Both the position numbers and the translations under genes were made by a program. A stretch of DNA of 63,050 nucleotides, filler included, from Polymyxa betae A26-41 (lineage: Eukaryota > Protista > Endomyxa: Phytomyxea): assembly GCA_003693705.1 (NCBI GenBank). It is 5 parts of 5 records of this genome, joined end to end, with 100 filler letters (N's around TTAATTAATTAA, not from the genome) between each part and the next. Parts side by side here need not be neighbours in the genome. Positions count along the whole stretch, not along the records: positions 23,106 to 34,666 come from RBZT01000293.1; positions 34,767 to 51,459 come from RBZT01000752.1; 3 more parts are not named here. The stretch is one strand, 5' to 3'. The notes under the pieces were generated by a model that was not told where the DNA came from, ran no database searches, and saw nothing but the letters and a program-made list of their open reading frames with translations. The first letter of the stretch is position 1; each line of letters opens with the position of its first letter. Positions 23,899 to 37,165 of this stretch are shown here, one piece after another.

Positions 23899-24502
23899 CA
23901 GCCTGTTCCAAGTGAAAAAATGTACAATTCCAACCTGCTACCCTGGTCGTGGACCCTGGGGCAACGCATGGCCACACACAACAGACAGCGCAACCCTGCA
24001 TATCGCCCACTGTGACACGTTGATGCCAACAGTGCCAACAGCTTGAATGGTAAGTCCGTGGCGGAGTTTATTGCTTATATGATAGTGCCCTATTCTATGA
24101 TCCATATATAATGGCCATCGAGCCCATAATACATTCATTCATCTATTTACTCTCTTCCTTTAACGTCTTCCTTTTTATCTTCCGATTAAGACCCGGGTCC
24201 TTCAGCCCTGCTGTCTAACAAACATGCGGAAAATAAATGAACAACCCTCCAAACAGATTTGCGCTCTATTTTTAGCATCGCATTTATTGAAAATGAGTTC
24301 CGCAACCTGATTTTCAATTAAATGTGATGACAATCCCTAGAAACATCGCAGCGGTTGGCGCCACGCAGTTCGCAGAACTTACAATCTCATATATTACCTC
24401 ATTTAAAAACAGTCATTTTCAGCATTTTTCGGATGTCATACCTGGACCGCATTGTTTGTAATTACCGCATTTTTATCGCATTTTTTCACTTGGAACCGGC
24501 TC
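23899..24502. mobile_element. PIF/Harbinger-type MITE with TTA TSD, carrying a solo LTR
   Basis: TIRs CAGCCTGTTCCAAGTGAAAAAA (23899-23920) and TTTTTTCACTTGGAACCGGCTC (24481-24502). TTA on both flanks. Internal ATGCG/CGCAT motifs. Confidence 0.78.
23921..24220 (+). mobile_element. Solo LTR of the Copia family at 15911-20509
   Basis: 300-bp reverse-complement match to those LTRs, TG..CA ends, no internal domain adjacent. Confidence 0.93.
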
Positions 24503-26878
24503 TTAACATATTTGTTTTTTGTTTGCAATTAACACTGTCGTGAGCTCACTCTATCTATTTTACGTTTCTGCTACTTTTGAGCAGTTCGTTCGCCAACCAT
24601 TCCCTATTACTTTGTGCTTTTTCGATCACATCTAATATCATATCTGCAGAAGAGACTTTCACTAGCTGGCCGTGAGCTATTTGACGTCGAGTCATCATGG
24701 CGAGTTGACAGACATTTCTGTCCCATAACCATGATTACACGGAGCCAAATAGGCAGCAGTTTGGGCTGTATCAAGAGTTCTTGAAAGCATCAGCGATTTA
24801 TCCAATATCGGTAAGCGTTCTCTCAAAGGTTCTTTGTCGCGAGTTTGATTCTGTGATCTTTGGTTTTCACTTTTTTCACATCTTCACGACCATATTTCGA
24901 AAGTTTGACATTTCGTTGACGATGTATTAAACGAAAGAGCAGAGTATTGCAAGGATCTGACCGCTGTTCTCAGTCCTATAAGGCTCTCATGTTGTGGGTG
25001 CTGCTCCCTCCTGGTCCTGACATTTACGATGCTGTTATTGTTCGTGACGGTGTTGACGATTTCAGATCGATATCGGGCCTCGTTTGCCTTGGCTCTTTGA
25101 CTTGGTGCCAGCATGACGACCTAGGCGTCTCTTTTAAGTTGACAACAATATGATGACGCGAAGACAGATTGCCCAACGGTTCTGAAAAGATCGTTTTCAA
25201 GACATCTGAAATAGTCATCACCAAGCGATAAGTTTTTTCTCCCGAACCCAGCGTCGTTACTTTTCTTTGCTGTTTGCAACTACATTTTTAAATACTTTGT
25301 GATTGTTACCGATCATGGTTGATTTCTGAGACAACTGGTGAATATTTGTATTTGTTTCCGGTAAGTTTTCATGCAGAGCCGAGGCGAGGTCGACATGACG
25401 ATCTGCAAAACAAGTTTATGGAGATAGCTTACTATCACGATTGGCGAACTCTAAATTGGCTGTTTTCTGTATGCTGGGATATGCATTTTAGGCAATGGTT
25501 ACTAAACAGTTTATTAGGTTAAATAGAAGCACGGGGGCCGATATCGCACGCCACTGATGAAAAGGTGATGCGGCTCGAACGTGGAGAGAACAGAGACGAT
25601 CGAGGCTCGAGATTAAAGGACCTTCTAGACCGAGATGAGAAGGCCAAAACCCAAGAGAAAGAGAAATGCTGCTCATTGACGTCGAGATCTCCAAGGTTCA
25701 AGATACATTCAGGCCCAAGATGGTGACAAGAACAGGGACCAAGACTTTAGGAAAGGCTGGGCTGGAAAGGAGAGAAGACTGAGGCCCAGTATGATGTACT
25801 GTGATGGATCAAGATGGGGAAAGGGTCAAAACAAAGATTAAAACGATGGGTGGGAGAACAAGGCCCAACATGATAATGTGGATTGGCTTAAAATGGATCC
25901 TGATGAGGAGACAGCAAAGGATCACAAAAGATGCCAGCACCTGCAGGCCAGGTGGGGAAATAACCGCACAAGAGAACAAAGCTGGAAAAGGCAACCAAGG
26001 GCTCACTTTGGCCATTGGTCAATATCCATTATCGGCAAGTAATTTCTGCTAATAAACTATCAATTTTACGTCACAGCTTTAACGACGAAGTAATTTTACA
26101 TTTAAATCATTAGCGTCAAGCCTGATCGCTGCTGCTATCATATTCGAATTCTTTTGTGATACTTCATTAAAGTGATGGAGCCTCTTATATTGTCTACACC
26201 TCTACAGATAATTACTGTCCAGTCATGAACACAATAACAGTGATTAAATAAACTTCCTTATCTCGAGAGTTCTCGACCGGCATTCGTGTTCACAATCAGT
26301 TTTGCTTGCCCAGTCAAGCGAACACGGAATCATCCATGATCTTTGTCACGCTGATCTTCATGTTGAGTCATATTCCCAAAATATCGGTATATACCGTGAC
26401 TTCCAATTCAGCCATTTCTGTAAGATCTATATAGTTACCTAGCACCGCAGCGATTTCTCTCCAATGGCTTCAAGACCGGGTTCCGTGAGCGCATCCAACT
26501 ATATGGAGTTGACCGAAGATATCAGACTTTCATCAGAAATGAGCTGCAAGATCAACGGGGCCACAAGTTCAATGTAATTGAAGGCTTACATCAAGACCAT
26601 AGCGATGAACCGAAGAGACATCATTCTGTCGCTGTCTATCGAGAGCGCCAATGTTTGGCGAATTCACAAAGCAACTGTCAACAAAGTTAAAAGCATGTCA
26701 AAAGAGTGTAAAAAAGGCGAAAGTGGGTCTGAATCTTGAAAAAGCAATAGGGTTGGCCGTAAATTCATCCTGCTTTGTACGCACAAATTCGTCCCGTTTC
26801 CGTGAAAAAGTTTGACCGCAAATTATTCGTCCTAGTTCTGTGGTTCATCCCACTTCGCAAATATAATACGTAAAATTC

Positions 26879-28057
26879 ATGGATTCTGCAATGGATTCTA
26901 GTTCCTCATCCGATTCTGAAGACGATTTCTTCCTAGTCGACGCCCTGGAAGAATACGATCTTCTGATCGTTCGTGCTGCTTTGGCAGCATCGCTTTCAGT
27001 AGTGAATATTTTTGAAGCCAGGGACGCTGACTATTCCGTCAATCCGAACCGCCCCAAGACCGATCGGTTGGGATCGCTGTTAAGTGCCCATGCAAGCGTT
27101 TTTCGTATGAACGTTGGCTTTTCTTTAGCCGAATTCGAAGATCTGTGCTCCTCCGTTTGCCCTGTTCTGGAAATGTGTGCACGTTCTACTGGGGAAATGA
27201 GAAGAAGTGGTGCTGGACGCCCTCCGAGACTTTCAAGTCCTGAACGAGTTCTTGCAGCAATTTTTTACTTGAAGCACAATTCGACAGGGCGTTATGAATC
27301 CATTCTTTGGAATTACAGTCGCACAGGAATATTTGACGACACATTTTTTGTTCTAAGTACTATCAGTCAAGTCCTCAAAGACGAAATTTAATGGCCCAAT
27401 CCGGAACGAAGAAGAGAGCTGGGCTTGAGAATACCATCCATGCCTGGATGCATCGGGTTCGTGGACGGAACGTTATGCAGAATCCGTTGTCCAGAACGTC
27501 ATGACCATGGACTTTATTATAATCGAAGGAAGAGCGGCTACTTTTTCAACAATATCGTTGTGATTGATCACGCTGGTCTTTTCATCTACGTTGATCCTGG
27601 CTACGCCGGCAGCTTTCATGATGTGAGCTGTCTCAGAAATTCTGAATTACATCGTACTTGGCGTCAAAAATTTACGCGAACGCAGACAGCCGTCGGCGAC
27701 TACTTTGAATATCTGCTGGGCGACCCAGGTTATTTAGGAGTCGATATGTACATCTTCAGACGAGTAGATCGACGTGAACAGAATGCGATCAACCCTCCCA
27801 ACCAGGTTATTGAAGCGTTTAACAAGCATCATGCAGGTATTCGGATCCAAGTTGAATGGGGTATAGGTGGACTTAAGAATCGATTTAAGAAGTTCTTGGG
27901 GATCACTCCCAACAGGCAAAAGAAATTCTCGATCATGTTTACAGCGGCGGCGATACTAACAAATTTTATCCTTCGGAGACGCCAAGATTTCGATATCGCT
28001 GAGCTCGGGTTGCTTCCACAAAACGAAGAAGACGGATACGCATTCAACTGGGGATAA
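26879..28057 (+). pseudogene. HARBI1-like DDE_Tnp_4 transposase with a single internal stop (27389-27391)
   Basis: GRPPRLSSPERVLAAIFYLK HTH, EI*WP, CIGFVDGT, GSFHD, LLGDPGY, FNKHHAGIRIQVEWGIGGLKNRF. The two listed ORFs share one frame. Confidence 0.9.
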
Positions 28058-28077
28058 TATGAAACTTTATTTAACTG

Positions 28078-28853
28078 CTAAATATGCATTTTCTGTAGTA
28101 ATTCATCTTTCGTTAAGATGCCTGCGTTGTGCAGTTGAATTAACTGCTCTGCTTTCGCTTTATCTCGATCCAGGCTCAATCGTTGGCGATCCACCTCTAG
28201 TCGCGACTGTAACGATTCGCAATCGAACTTCAAACGTTTTTGTCTAAGATCTAGTGACTGCTCTGTAATTTCCAATTTCCTTTTCTGAAGAGCTTCAAAA
28301 TTTTCGGAGAAGCGGACTCTGTCTGCAAGCATTGATTCCATAGTGTCGGCAATTGACTGAACAGCAGAGTAAGCATCCGACATTGTGGGAGTTGATCGAG
28401 AACAGCTTGATATGGAGCTCTTGGAAAGTCTGCCTTTGCTTTAGCCATTCCTGACAGAATATCCTCGCGTAAGTTCAGAACGTTTCGTGAAGCGTAACTA
28501 TCAGATTGTTTCAGCTTCTCCACAATGTTGTCATCTTGCAGAACTGCTTGGTCATTATTGCCATCGTCAGCATCTCCTGTGCCGATGTCGCCGAGTGTGG
28601 CCTTGAGTTGTTTCTTCAACGAATCCTCTTTTACATTACGGAAGCCGTCTAGTTCTGCAACGTCCTTGAAAACTGCATCCCATACTTGTCTTGGTAAGCG
28701 CTGAACAACCTTCTTGCGACCTTTCGAGTAAGCGGCGAAGTGAAAACGATACGATCTTGTCATTTCCGATACCATGATGTTGGTAATCAGAGTCCGGCCG
28801 GTGCCAGCTTCGGACGTCTGCTCTTTGGGAACAACCATCGATTGCAACGACAA
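28078..28853 (-). pseudogene. Second (accessory) ORF of the PHIS element, one frameshift, coiled-coil C-terminus
   Basis: ORFs 28251-28853 and 28078-28383 overlap inside the TIRs and converge on the transposase. Tail KRKLEITEQSLDLRQKRLK. Confidence 0.7.
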
Positions 28854-29261
28854 GCAGAAGCTTAAACAAAACGTATGAACAATTTTTTCCGTGAGAAACT
28901 GGGACGAAAACTTTCATCCTGTTTTTTACAGCTAAACAACTTTGATATCAAAGCAGGATGAAAATGTGCGCGGAGTTTTTAGTGTCAACCAGTTCATACC
29001 AGTTTCATCCTACTTCAGGCCAATTTACGGCCAACCCTAATGAAACGGTACTATATAAAAGCTTTCCTGGCCCGATTACAGGAAGGTGCGGTAAATCACT
29101 AAATCAGCTGTCAAAATTTTTGACTTTACGAATGTGCGCATCTGATTTATGCCCATTTCTAATCTTTTATTAGTTTATGGCTTTATGTTCAAATAATCTC
29201 CCTTATTCTGTAATGCGCAACAAAACATCCCATAATTTGTCATGCTGAAGTGACAGCTGTA

Positions 29262-30050
29262 TTAACATGGCTGTTGCGGTAAAGAACAACATATCTTGAG
29301 CGCGGCTGTGCTCGAATTGTCGGGTGCTAAAGCATTGAAATCTTTGAACCGCGTGTTAACTGTCTCATGTCCTGACATAATTACCCGTTTGAGTTGGCGA
29401 TTGAACAGTACCCCCTTCTCATTAGCTGGGTTCCTATAGGGCGTCAGGAAAAAAAGGACACCATCCTGGTAGCCTGTGTCTGCTGCGACTTTTTCGCCTT
29501 CGGTTTGACGGGGAACAAAGCATTCACGGGCTCTTGAAGGGCACTTATGGGGGCAATTGATCCAGCGGTTTTCGAAATTTATTTGGATAAAAGTCAATTA
29601 ACACTTCATGTAACTGGCGAGTCCAGTTATAAAGGCTACGATTCTTATTATCAATTGCACCCAATTTTGCGGCAAAAACGTTGCGTAAAACTTATAATAT
29701 ACCGAAAATTCACGCAAATATTGTTGCCTGATACACCAGATTTAGCTCCCCGATTTGCTTCAACATGGCCGCGACATGCTTTCGGTACGTTTTTCTGTGA
29801 CATTCCAAAGTCGGGAAGCAACAGCCTCGGTGTTATACACCTTTAGAAAGTTTAGGGCCCAAGGCAAATGGTTTCGAGTCGTCGGAATCAATCCCAGCAA
29901 CTTGTCTCGATCGATGATAACGTCTAGGATAACACCAAAAAAGACTTCTGTTTTCGGTCCAATATTCGTTAGGTTCCCGAGGCACTCGAATCCCCATAAC
30001 ATCCGAACAGCGTTCGATCGCCCAGCGACGTGCACAAAACCGTATGTCAA
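29262..30050 (-). mobile_element. Decayed DDE_Tnp_4-type (Harbinger/ISL2EU-like) transposase
   Basis: HLPWALNFLKVYNTE, WINCP, EKVAADTGY, HETVNTRFKDFNAL in frameshifted ORFs. Confidence 0.65.
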
Positions 30051-31468
30051 CGTGGACCCTGTTGCTGCTCATTGGATCGAATCAAGATTGTTTCGGTAAG
30101 AATATCAAAGCCCGCAGGACCTTGTAACCCAACCGAATGGACGCTTTTTTGGCAGGCCTAATAATTGGATGCTGCATAATTTATGGCATTTCTTGCAGCA
30201 ACCGGTTACGTTCTGGGTCTAGATCACAAATCGATTAGGGTTAGGGTTTAATACCAAATGATTATCGTTCAGCACGGCACCCAACACACGTCACTTTTTG
30301 TTTATAAAATCATGCCAGAAAATTATTTGTCACTATGACGCAGCCTCTCTTAACCTCTAGCTCCCCACCAGGGCTCGATCGAATCACCAACAAACCATCA
30401 CCGCGTATGAAAACTCGACTTTGTAGTCTGTCGACTATTCCGAATGAAAATATGTCATCATGCATTTTCGTTCGTCACCATCGTCGACTTCTTTCTAAGC
30501 TCGCTGACGAATCAGTTAAGATATCGTTGAATAGGCACGGTAGATGCATCAGGTCCGCTGCCCATACAGAACAGAAAAATAGCCCGGTCGTCGGCATTGA
30601 CAGGGACTCCCCGGTTTGGGCGCATGCATAATCTGATTGTCGATCAATCCATGCTTATTCGTGACCAAGAATGACATTGAGAGGGGAGAAGAGCTCGCCT
30701 ACACCCGAGGAGGGCAAAAACGCGGCCTTCTTAGACCACCCTGCTCCTTGCAGCGGAGATTCTAACGACGCAGATTTATTTGAGCTAGATATGTCCAAAA
30801 CAGCTTTCACTATTCTGCTTCTCATTTTACCGTTTGTAAACGGTAATGAAGAATCACGAAACAGTTCAGGCATTTGACAATATTGATAATCTGGATTCAG
30901 CGATAGCGTTTTCAGTCCCATCATATCTTGCCCCAATGTCTTTATCCCAGGAGGCGCTGCTGAATAGTCACCATTCAGTGTTAATGACCACATGGGCAGA
31001 GCAAATAGTGGCTGAACCGACTGAACAATCGCTGATCATCGCTGAAATGTTTTGATCAATTGCTGATCCGCCGACATGTGATGGTTACCGTTCAGCAATT
31101 CGCCATTGGTATTTCCTCTATGTTTGGATACACTCCGCAGACGGCGTTTTTGCTCCGTTATCATATTTGGAGGATTCATATCAGCTATACTGTACCGATC
31201 GTTCTTGCAACCAAAACGAGCAAATTTCACTTGCTGTCACCGGTTGATGTTACAGCTGCCGAGAAAGCTCTGTTTCCTCTTGTTCCTACATTTTGGTTGA
31301 AATAAGGTTTTGAGTAAATGTAAGGAATGCAGATTCTTATGCATATTGTTCATCGGTTTTGGACTGTACGGGCACCCTAAAATTGGTGATGGCAAATATT
31401 TCCTCAACGGGTCATTATATTATTCTCTAGATAGTTTGTTTTGACGTCGTCCAATCTACCACCAATTA

Positions 31469-31665
31469 GGGCGCGTTCCGATACCACACAGAATCTGGAT
31501 TGAACACCTTGCAATCCGGATTTGTGTGAAATCCGGATTTGCATTGGAATCGACCTGTTTGACAACGAAAATCCCGTTTTATAAATCCAGAATTTGCCCG
31601 CACAATCTGGATTTATAAAATCCTATTCGGACCTGGATTTCGCACTGTAAATCCGGATTCGCGTG
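31469..31665 (+). mobile_element. Harbinger-type left terminus with palindromic subterminal motif array
   Basis: TTA|GGGCGCGTTCCGATACC followed by about 8 variants of AAATCCGGATTT. Confidence 0.6.
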
Positions 31666-31683
31666 TTAATCTTTCTCAGCTCG

Positions 31684-32805
31684 ATGAAGAAACCGGTAGC
31701 TAGCAAGGCACCATGAGCGGTGTGGGATCTGGACAAGGACGCTTACCTTGTGTCCTTGCTTCAGAAGCAGGTCGGCGAAGGCAAGAGTGCCGACTCTGGG
31801 TTTAAAAAAGAGGCCTGGACTGCAGTGACCCTGCATTTCAACAATAAATTTTCATTAGACTACGATCGTGATCAGTTAAAAACATGTTATAAGCAGGTAT
31901 CGAAGACTTCGAGTTTATTGTTATCCATGTTGAGCTATGTCGCCAGCTGCGTGGTTCCTACACTCTCTTCCAACGATTGAAAGACAATTCTGGGCGGGGA
32001 TGGGATGCCTTGAGGAACATCCCGATAGCAGAAGACAAAGTTTGGGAAGAGTATACAGAATTGAGGTTTGACAAGAGCGGCCTTGACTAGCAATGAATAA
32101 TTAGTTTTCCTGACATACTCTCGGAGTCATCCCAAAGCTAAACCCTATCGCTATACGACTCTACCGCTGTACGAAGAACTTCATGCACTATTCAGCGGCA
32201 ATGCTGCAACAGGATCTCGTGCGGTATCCTCAACATCGGCTGGTTTCTTTACAGCCCCACCTTCTAATATCGACAGCCGATTCGATGACGATGACATCAT
32301 CGTCGCAGCACTGCACTGTGGCGATGATGTCTCTCCGTCCGACGATGAGCCGGGTGACGATGACGACACCGATAGTGAAGGTTCGTCGCATGCGACACCG
32401 AAGCTTGCGAAACGAAAACGCCTCCATCTTGATAAGACCGTGGATGCAATCCCTGTACTTGCTCTCACGCCAGTGTCTGCTGGGGCTCTAGCCCATAAAC
32501 CGACGAAGAATGCTGGAGTAAGGGTATCGCCATCTGCACTGAATTTGAAGCCAGCTGCACGTGAACGGAATTAAGGAGCCATTCGAATTGCAAACGCGAT
32601 CTGTCAGCTTTCAACTGTAGTGGCGCCGACAGTTCACGAAAGAGCCATCACTGTTTTGACTGAGCATTTCAGTGCCAGCTTGACTGACATACAAATGGAG
32701 AAAGCTTATTCGCTGATGACCGACAAGGCGAAAGCAGCCGTGTTCGTGACGATGCCGCCCAACCGCTGCCGTGAAATGTGGCTGTTGAATGAGATTGGAC
32801 TGTGA
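31684..32805 (+). pseudogene. Myb/SANT-like (Harbinger accessory-type) DNA-binding protein, spliced, with stops
   Basis: WDLDKDAYLV..GFKKEAW..QLKTCYKQ, intron, LRGSY..LKDNSGRGWD..VWEEY, HPKAKPYRYTTLPLYEELHALFSGNAATG, C-terminal AAVFVTMPPNRCREMWL. Confidence 0.8.
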
Positions 32806-34666
32806 CCGGTCGGTGAGATTTGAATCAGTTAATGGATACTTACATGCAGCGGCGTCTGCTGAGTACATTTTCGTACTGCTGCCACATTTGCTGAGCAATC
32901 TGGTCGCGGAAACCTTGGGCCTCGGTAGACTCTTCCGGTTGTTGGCGCTGCGATTGGGTGCATGTCGACCGTGTCTTCGTGCTGAGAGTTTTTGGCCTGT
33001 GTCACACTAGTTTAAGCAGCTGGCGGTAGGTACTCAAATCAATATTTTACCATCGTTTCGAAATAGTCTCTAGCGCCACCCGCACAGGAACTGCGAAGAC
33101 CTGCGTTTTACCGCATTTTCGGACCTGCGAATTTTCACGGTCATTTCGCAAGCTCACGCAGAATTTTGCACGTCGAAATGCGTGAAATCGCAGATTCTGC
33201 TGACCGATATTTGCGGAGCATTGCAGATATTTGCATGAGCATCTGTGTAAAATTTACATATCCAAAACGCATGTAATCACCGAATAATTGCAGAGAAACG
33301 CAATCAGGATAAAATAAATTTTTACAATAAAATCGCAGCTATCTCTAATCAATCAATCTCGAACAAAGTAAAGTAATATCTGTTTTGAAGTTTATTGGTC
33401 AAAGTTATTCTCAGCCTAGCCAGATCAGCCAATACATCACCCGTAGGCAATCCAATTACAATTGCCAAGAATCTCTTTCATATGCAAAATAAGTAATCCC
33501 GACAAGAATACTTGCTTTCAGGCGGCTGTTACAGGTTCTATCATTTTCCAAGAAAGTCAGAAGAACGTAAAACACAAACCACTGGTCATCATTTTGTTTA
33601 GGAGACCGGCCGTTTCACAGGTAGCTGTACAATTGGTATTAAGATTCTACAGCTCTATGCCGACAGCAGCCAAGATCCACCGGTATTAAGCACCCTAAAA
33701 CGGGCCGTATGGATTTTACACTTGGCTTGAATAGACATCGGAGAAGAGCATGTAGACTTTCTGATACCATTGCAGGATGGCCCAGGTAACGACTTCAGAC
33801 ATACAAGTAGGCGTGAAGAGAAGAGGGGTCATCCATTATTTCAGGAGACCGGCCCTCGCGACAGAGGGCCGTACACCTCATCATATCGCCTCTAGTCATA
33901 GCCGGGCCCGGGCGCAAGACATGATCTTGGTGTGAAGTCGACCATAAAAGGTGAAAGGAATGAGGACAAGAGGGTGCACGGAGTGCGTACGGTGTCTGCG
34001 CAGCCACGCTCAGTTTCGAATCAAAAACAGCGCCAGTGACGGCGTAATAGTGGGCCACTGTTGTAATAAAGTGAGTCAGTGCGTTTGGAAAAATTGCGTG
34101 CAATGGACTCATTAACTGCATCAAACACGTTTGTAATGGAAAGTGCAGCTCCAGGCTCTGTTGTTTTCTTCTTATTGGAAAGAAAACCTGTCGCAAGGGT
34201 CGCTTTGCTGTCTGAGAAAAATGATCCCCATCAACATGTTGGCATCGTTCATGGTCATGATGTCGATTTGCAGTTCGAAAGAGGGGTTAAGGTCGTTCGA
34301 GTTCTAGTCGAAAGAAACGTTCCTTCGGTGTCGACAAGCCCTTCAAATGAAGAAATTTTGGTGAGAGGTCTAAGGTTTGTCGCGCCACTTGATCATCTGA
34401 TATTCAAGGTTGATACTGCACTTAAGTTTATGCTCTGAAAAATATCACCCAAATATGTAATAATTGACTACCTGAAATCCAGGCAAACGTCAACGATCAG
34501 GCAGCTACGAAATCGAGCTGTCTGACATACGGGATGCTTACTGGCCTCGGGAAGCCTGGATTGATCACCCCCGTACTGGCCCTGTATCTGTTGAGTTGCT
34601 GAAACAATTTCGGATGAAGACTCCAAACAGCATGACTCCTGAGCGAATGAAGATGCGTCAGCTGCT

Positions 34667-34766
34667 NNNNNNNNNNNNNNNNNNNNNNNNNNNNNNNNNN
34701 NNNNNNNNNNTTAATTAATTAANNNNNNNNNNNNNNNNNNNNNNNNNNNNNNNNNNNNNNNNNNNN
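34667..34766. other. Artificial contig spacer
   Basis: N44-TTAATTAATTAA-N44. Confidence 0.97.
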
Positions 34767-36961
34767 GATCTGATGACAAGATGGGGAGCGAAACCAGTTG
34801 ATGAAGAAAACTCTACGCATCGATTGGTCCGCAGAGTACGCACAATAACTGTCCCAGATGACCAGAGGATTAGACCTTTACAAAACCCCGAGTTTGTATG
34901 GCCTACAGTAGAAGAAATAGAGAAAATTCAGAAGAAATGGTTATCAAATATTGACAATCGAAAAATAAATGAAGACGGTTTAATAGTCACAGATAAGAAA
35001 AAAGTGATAATTCCGTTAGAAGCAGAAGAAATGAGATGCCGGTTATGTATAATCGCCCATGCTGGAGGAAACAGTGGACACCTCGGGTACCAGGCCAGCC
35101 CGCAAAAATTGACGCAATTTTTTCACTGGAAGAACTGTACCGAAGACGTAAAAGCGGTATGCAGTTCATGCCTGCAATGCTTGCCCACTAGAGGAGGAAT
35201 NNAGGTTCACGGTCAGCAACCGAATGAAGTGTTACACATGGATTGGATATATATCTGGCCAATGAAGAAGAACGGTATTCATGAATACCAGTGGAACCTA
35301 ATTCTGCGAGATGACCTATCAGGGATGATAAAGATAACACCCGCAAAAATTCCTGATACCTCCGTGACTGTAGAGGCACTGATGGAGTGGAGGGCCCTGT
35401 TCGGAATACCAAAAATACTGGTCTCTGATATGGCGTCCTACTTTGATTCGACGACTATGAAGGTTCGCCAAAAGGTGTAATATGAAACAGCATATCACCA
35501 CGGCATATGGACACTACAATAATGGCACTATTGAGGTGATCAATAAAATTTATTTAGCACTAATAAGAGCCCTATTGTCCGAACTCAGATGGGAGAAGGA
35601 ATACTGGCCATGGCTGAACCGTAACGTTGAGCACACTATAAACCACAGAGGACAGAATCGTCTGAATGGTAATGCGCCAGTAACAGTGATGACAGGATTG
35701 AAACCTGACAATCCACTTGATGAAATTTTCAAGAATCCCAGTACGACGGAATTTTACAAAAATTGCATTGACAAGGCTAGCATTCAGATGAGAAATGAAG
35801 AATTGCGGGACGTGCTAGACAACATGCATAAGGCAGTTTCTAAGACATCCGCAAAGCAGAGGACATTGAAGAAAACAAACCAGAAGAAATTCAGAAGAGA
35901 ACCAAACTTTGGAATAGGAGACTATGTCTTGGTAGGCGTACCGGAACCGGCAAAGATGACCGGACGAAAGTTATTCCTAAAATGGCGTGGTCCATACCGG
36001 ATCACTGATACTGAAGATAATTACGTGTTCGAAGTGGAGAATATCATCGATCACTGTAGAAGCAGGGTCCATGGTGACCGGATTCAGTTATATGCTGATT
36101 CCGAACTTAATGTTACAGACGAAATAAAGAAGCAGTTCGCACATGACAATGAATCGTATCAAGTGAGCGATTTTATTGACTGCAGACTCAATCCTGAGAC
36201 TGGACAGCTGGAGTTGCTGGTTGAATGGAAAGGATTCACGAAAGAAGAAAATTCATGGGAACCCCTGAAGAACCAGTTTGAAGACGTCCCTGAATTAGTG
36301 AAAAAATATTTTCGCAGAATTTGTAGAAGACAGTATTAGAAGCCTTATTCAAAAGTCAAACTGAAAATCTACTATTGTTTTCAAGCTTTTATCCCAATGG
36401 GTTTTAATGCTGAAACTATAGCAAATGATCAGTAAGTACGATTTTTTAGATGACATGATGAAATGTATTTATAAAATTATGAATTATTTATAAATATATG
36501 AGGATACTGATGACTGATGACAGATGATTATTGATGAAACTCGATGATAGCGCTACGATGACTTACAGTATAGATGAATTTTATGACGAACTTGAGGATC
36601 ATCGGATCTGATAATGATGACCTTTGGATGAAGATGAAAAAGATGACAAGTGAAGACCTAATGAACTATGATAGCGACCAGTCATGAAACCCTAAAACCC
36701 TATATACAAGAAAGATACTAAAGACTATCGAGATTTTGAGGAGGGGAGTGTAGCAAATTATTACTTTAATATAAGAAAATACAAGAATAGTTTGCAAGTT
36801 TTCAAGCTACGACGAAGCTGCGCTAAGATTCGCCCGCGGAGTCCTACGGACTCCGAGACGGTCTTTGGGTCCTGGAAGTTCCCATGGTAGAAATACAGAT
36901 TCATTATTGATCTTACCTTCATTCCCGTGTATCTGATCGTAGAATCGAGACGATTGCTACA
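34767..36961 (+). mobile_element. 3' half of a Ty3/Gypsy chromovirus (integrase + chromodomain + 3' LTR)
   Basis: HAGGNSGHLG..CSSCLQC (H2C2), LHMDW, LVSDMAS, NGTIE, WRGPYRI, chromodomain LLVEWKGFTKEENSWEP. PPT GAGGAGGGGAG at 36738-36748. Confidence 0.93.
36749..36961 (+). repeat. Gypsy 3' LTR (213 bp)
   Basis: TGTAGCAA...TTGCTACA inverted ends directly after the PPT. Confidence 0.85.
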
Positions 36962-37165
36962 GTTGCATATTCGTGATTGCAATGATGCAACTTGACAAAA
37001 TACACAAATGGGAGCTGAACGTAAATCCGTGCGCGGTTTATCAAATTATTAACCGTCGGATACAGTCGGATAGTCGGGTCCGGTATCGACCCGCTACCCG
37101 AACCCGACCAGAACCCGACCCGACCCGGGTTTTTCCGATACTACCCGAACCCGATCGGAGCCCTA
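36962..37165 (-). mobile_element. Terminal fragment of the hAT family seen at 23106-23877, interrupted by the Gypsy
   Basis: Reverse-complement match to 23106-23240; same CCGATCGGAGCCCTA terminus. Confidence 0.82.

Larger units (their letters stand above)
26749..29038 (+). mobile_element. Near-intact PIF/Harbinger-group (PHIS) DNA transposon, 2290 bp, two convergent ORFs
   Basis: Perfect 17-bp TIR AGGGTTGGCCGTAAATT / AATTTACGGCCAACCCT. AAT on both flanks (26746-26748, 29039-29041). Subterminal TTC(A/G)TCC motifs. Confidence 0.93.

Noticed and set aside
24550-24870. pogo C-terminal remnant (IADAFKNS..P) on the minus strand
   Set aside because: Too short and decayed to support.
33070-33300. 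TGCG/CGCA-rich stretch as the right end of the Myb-bearing Harbinger
   Set aside because: No match to the GGGCGCGTTCCGATACC terminus or its palindromic motif.
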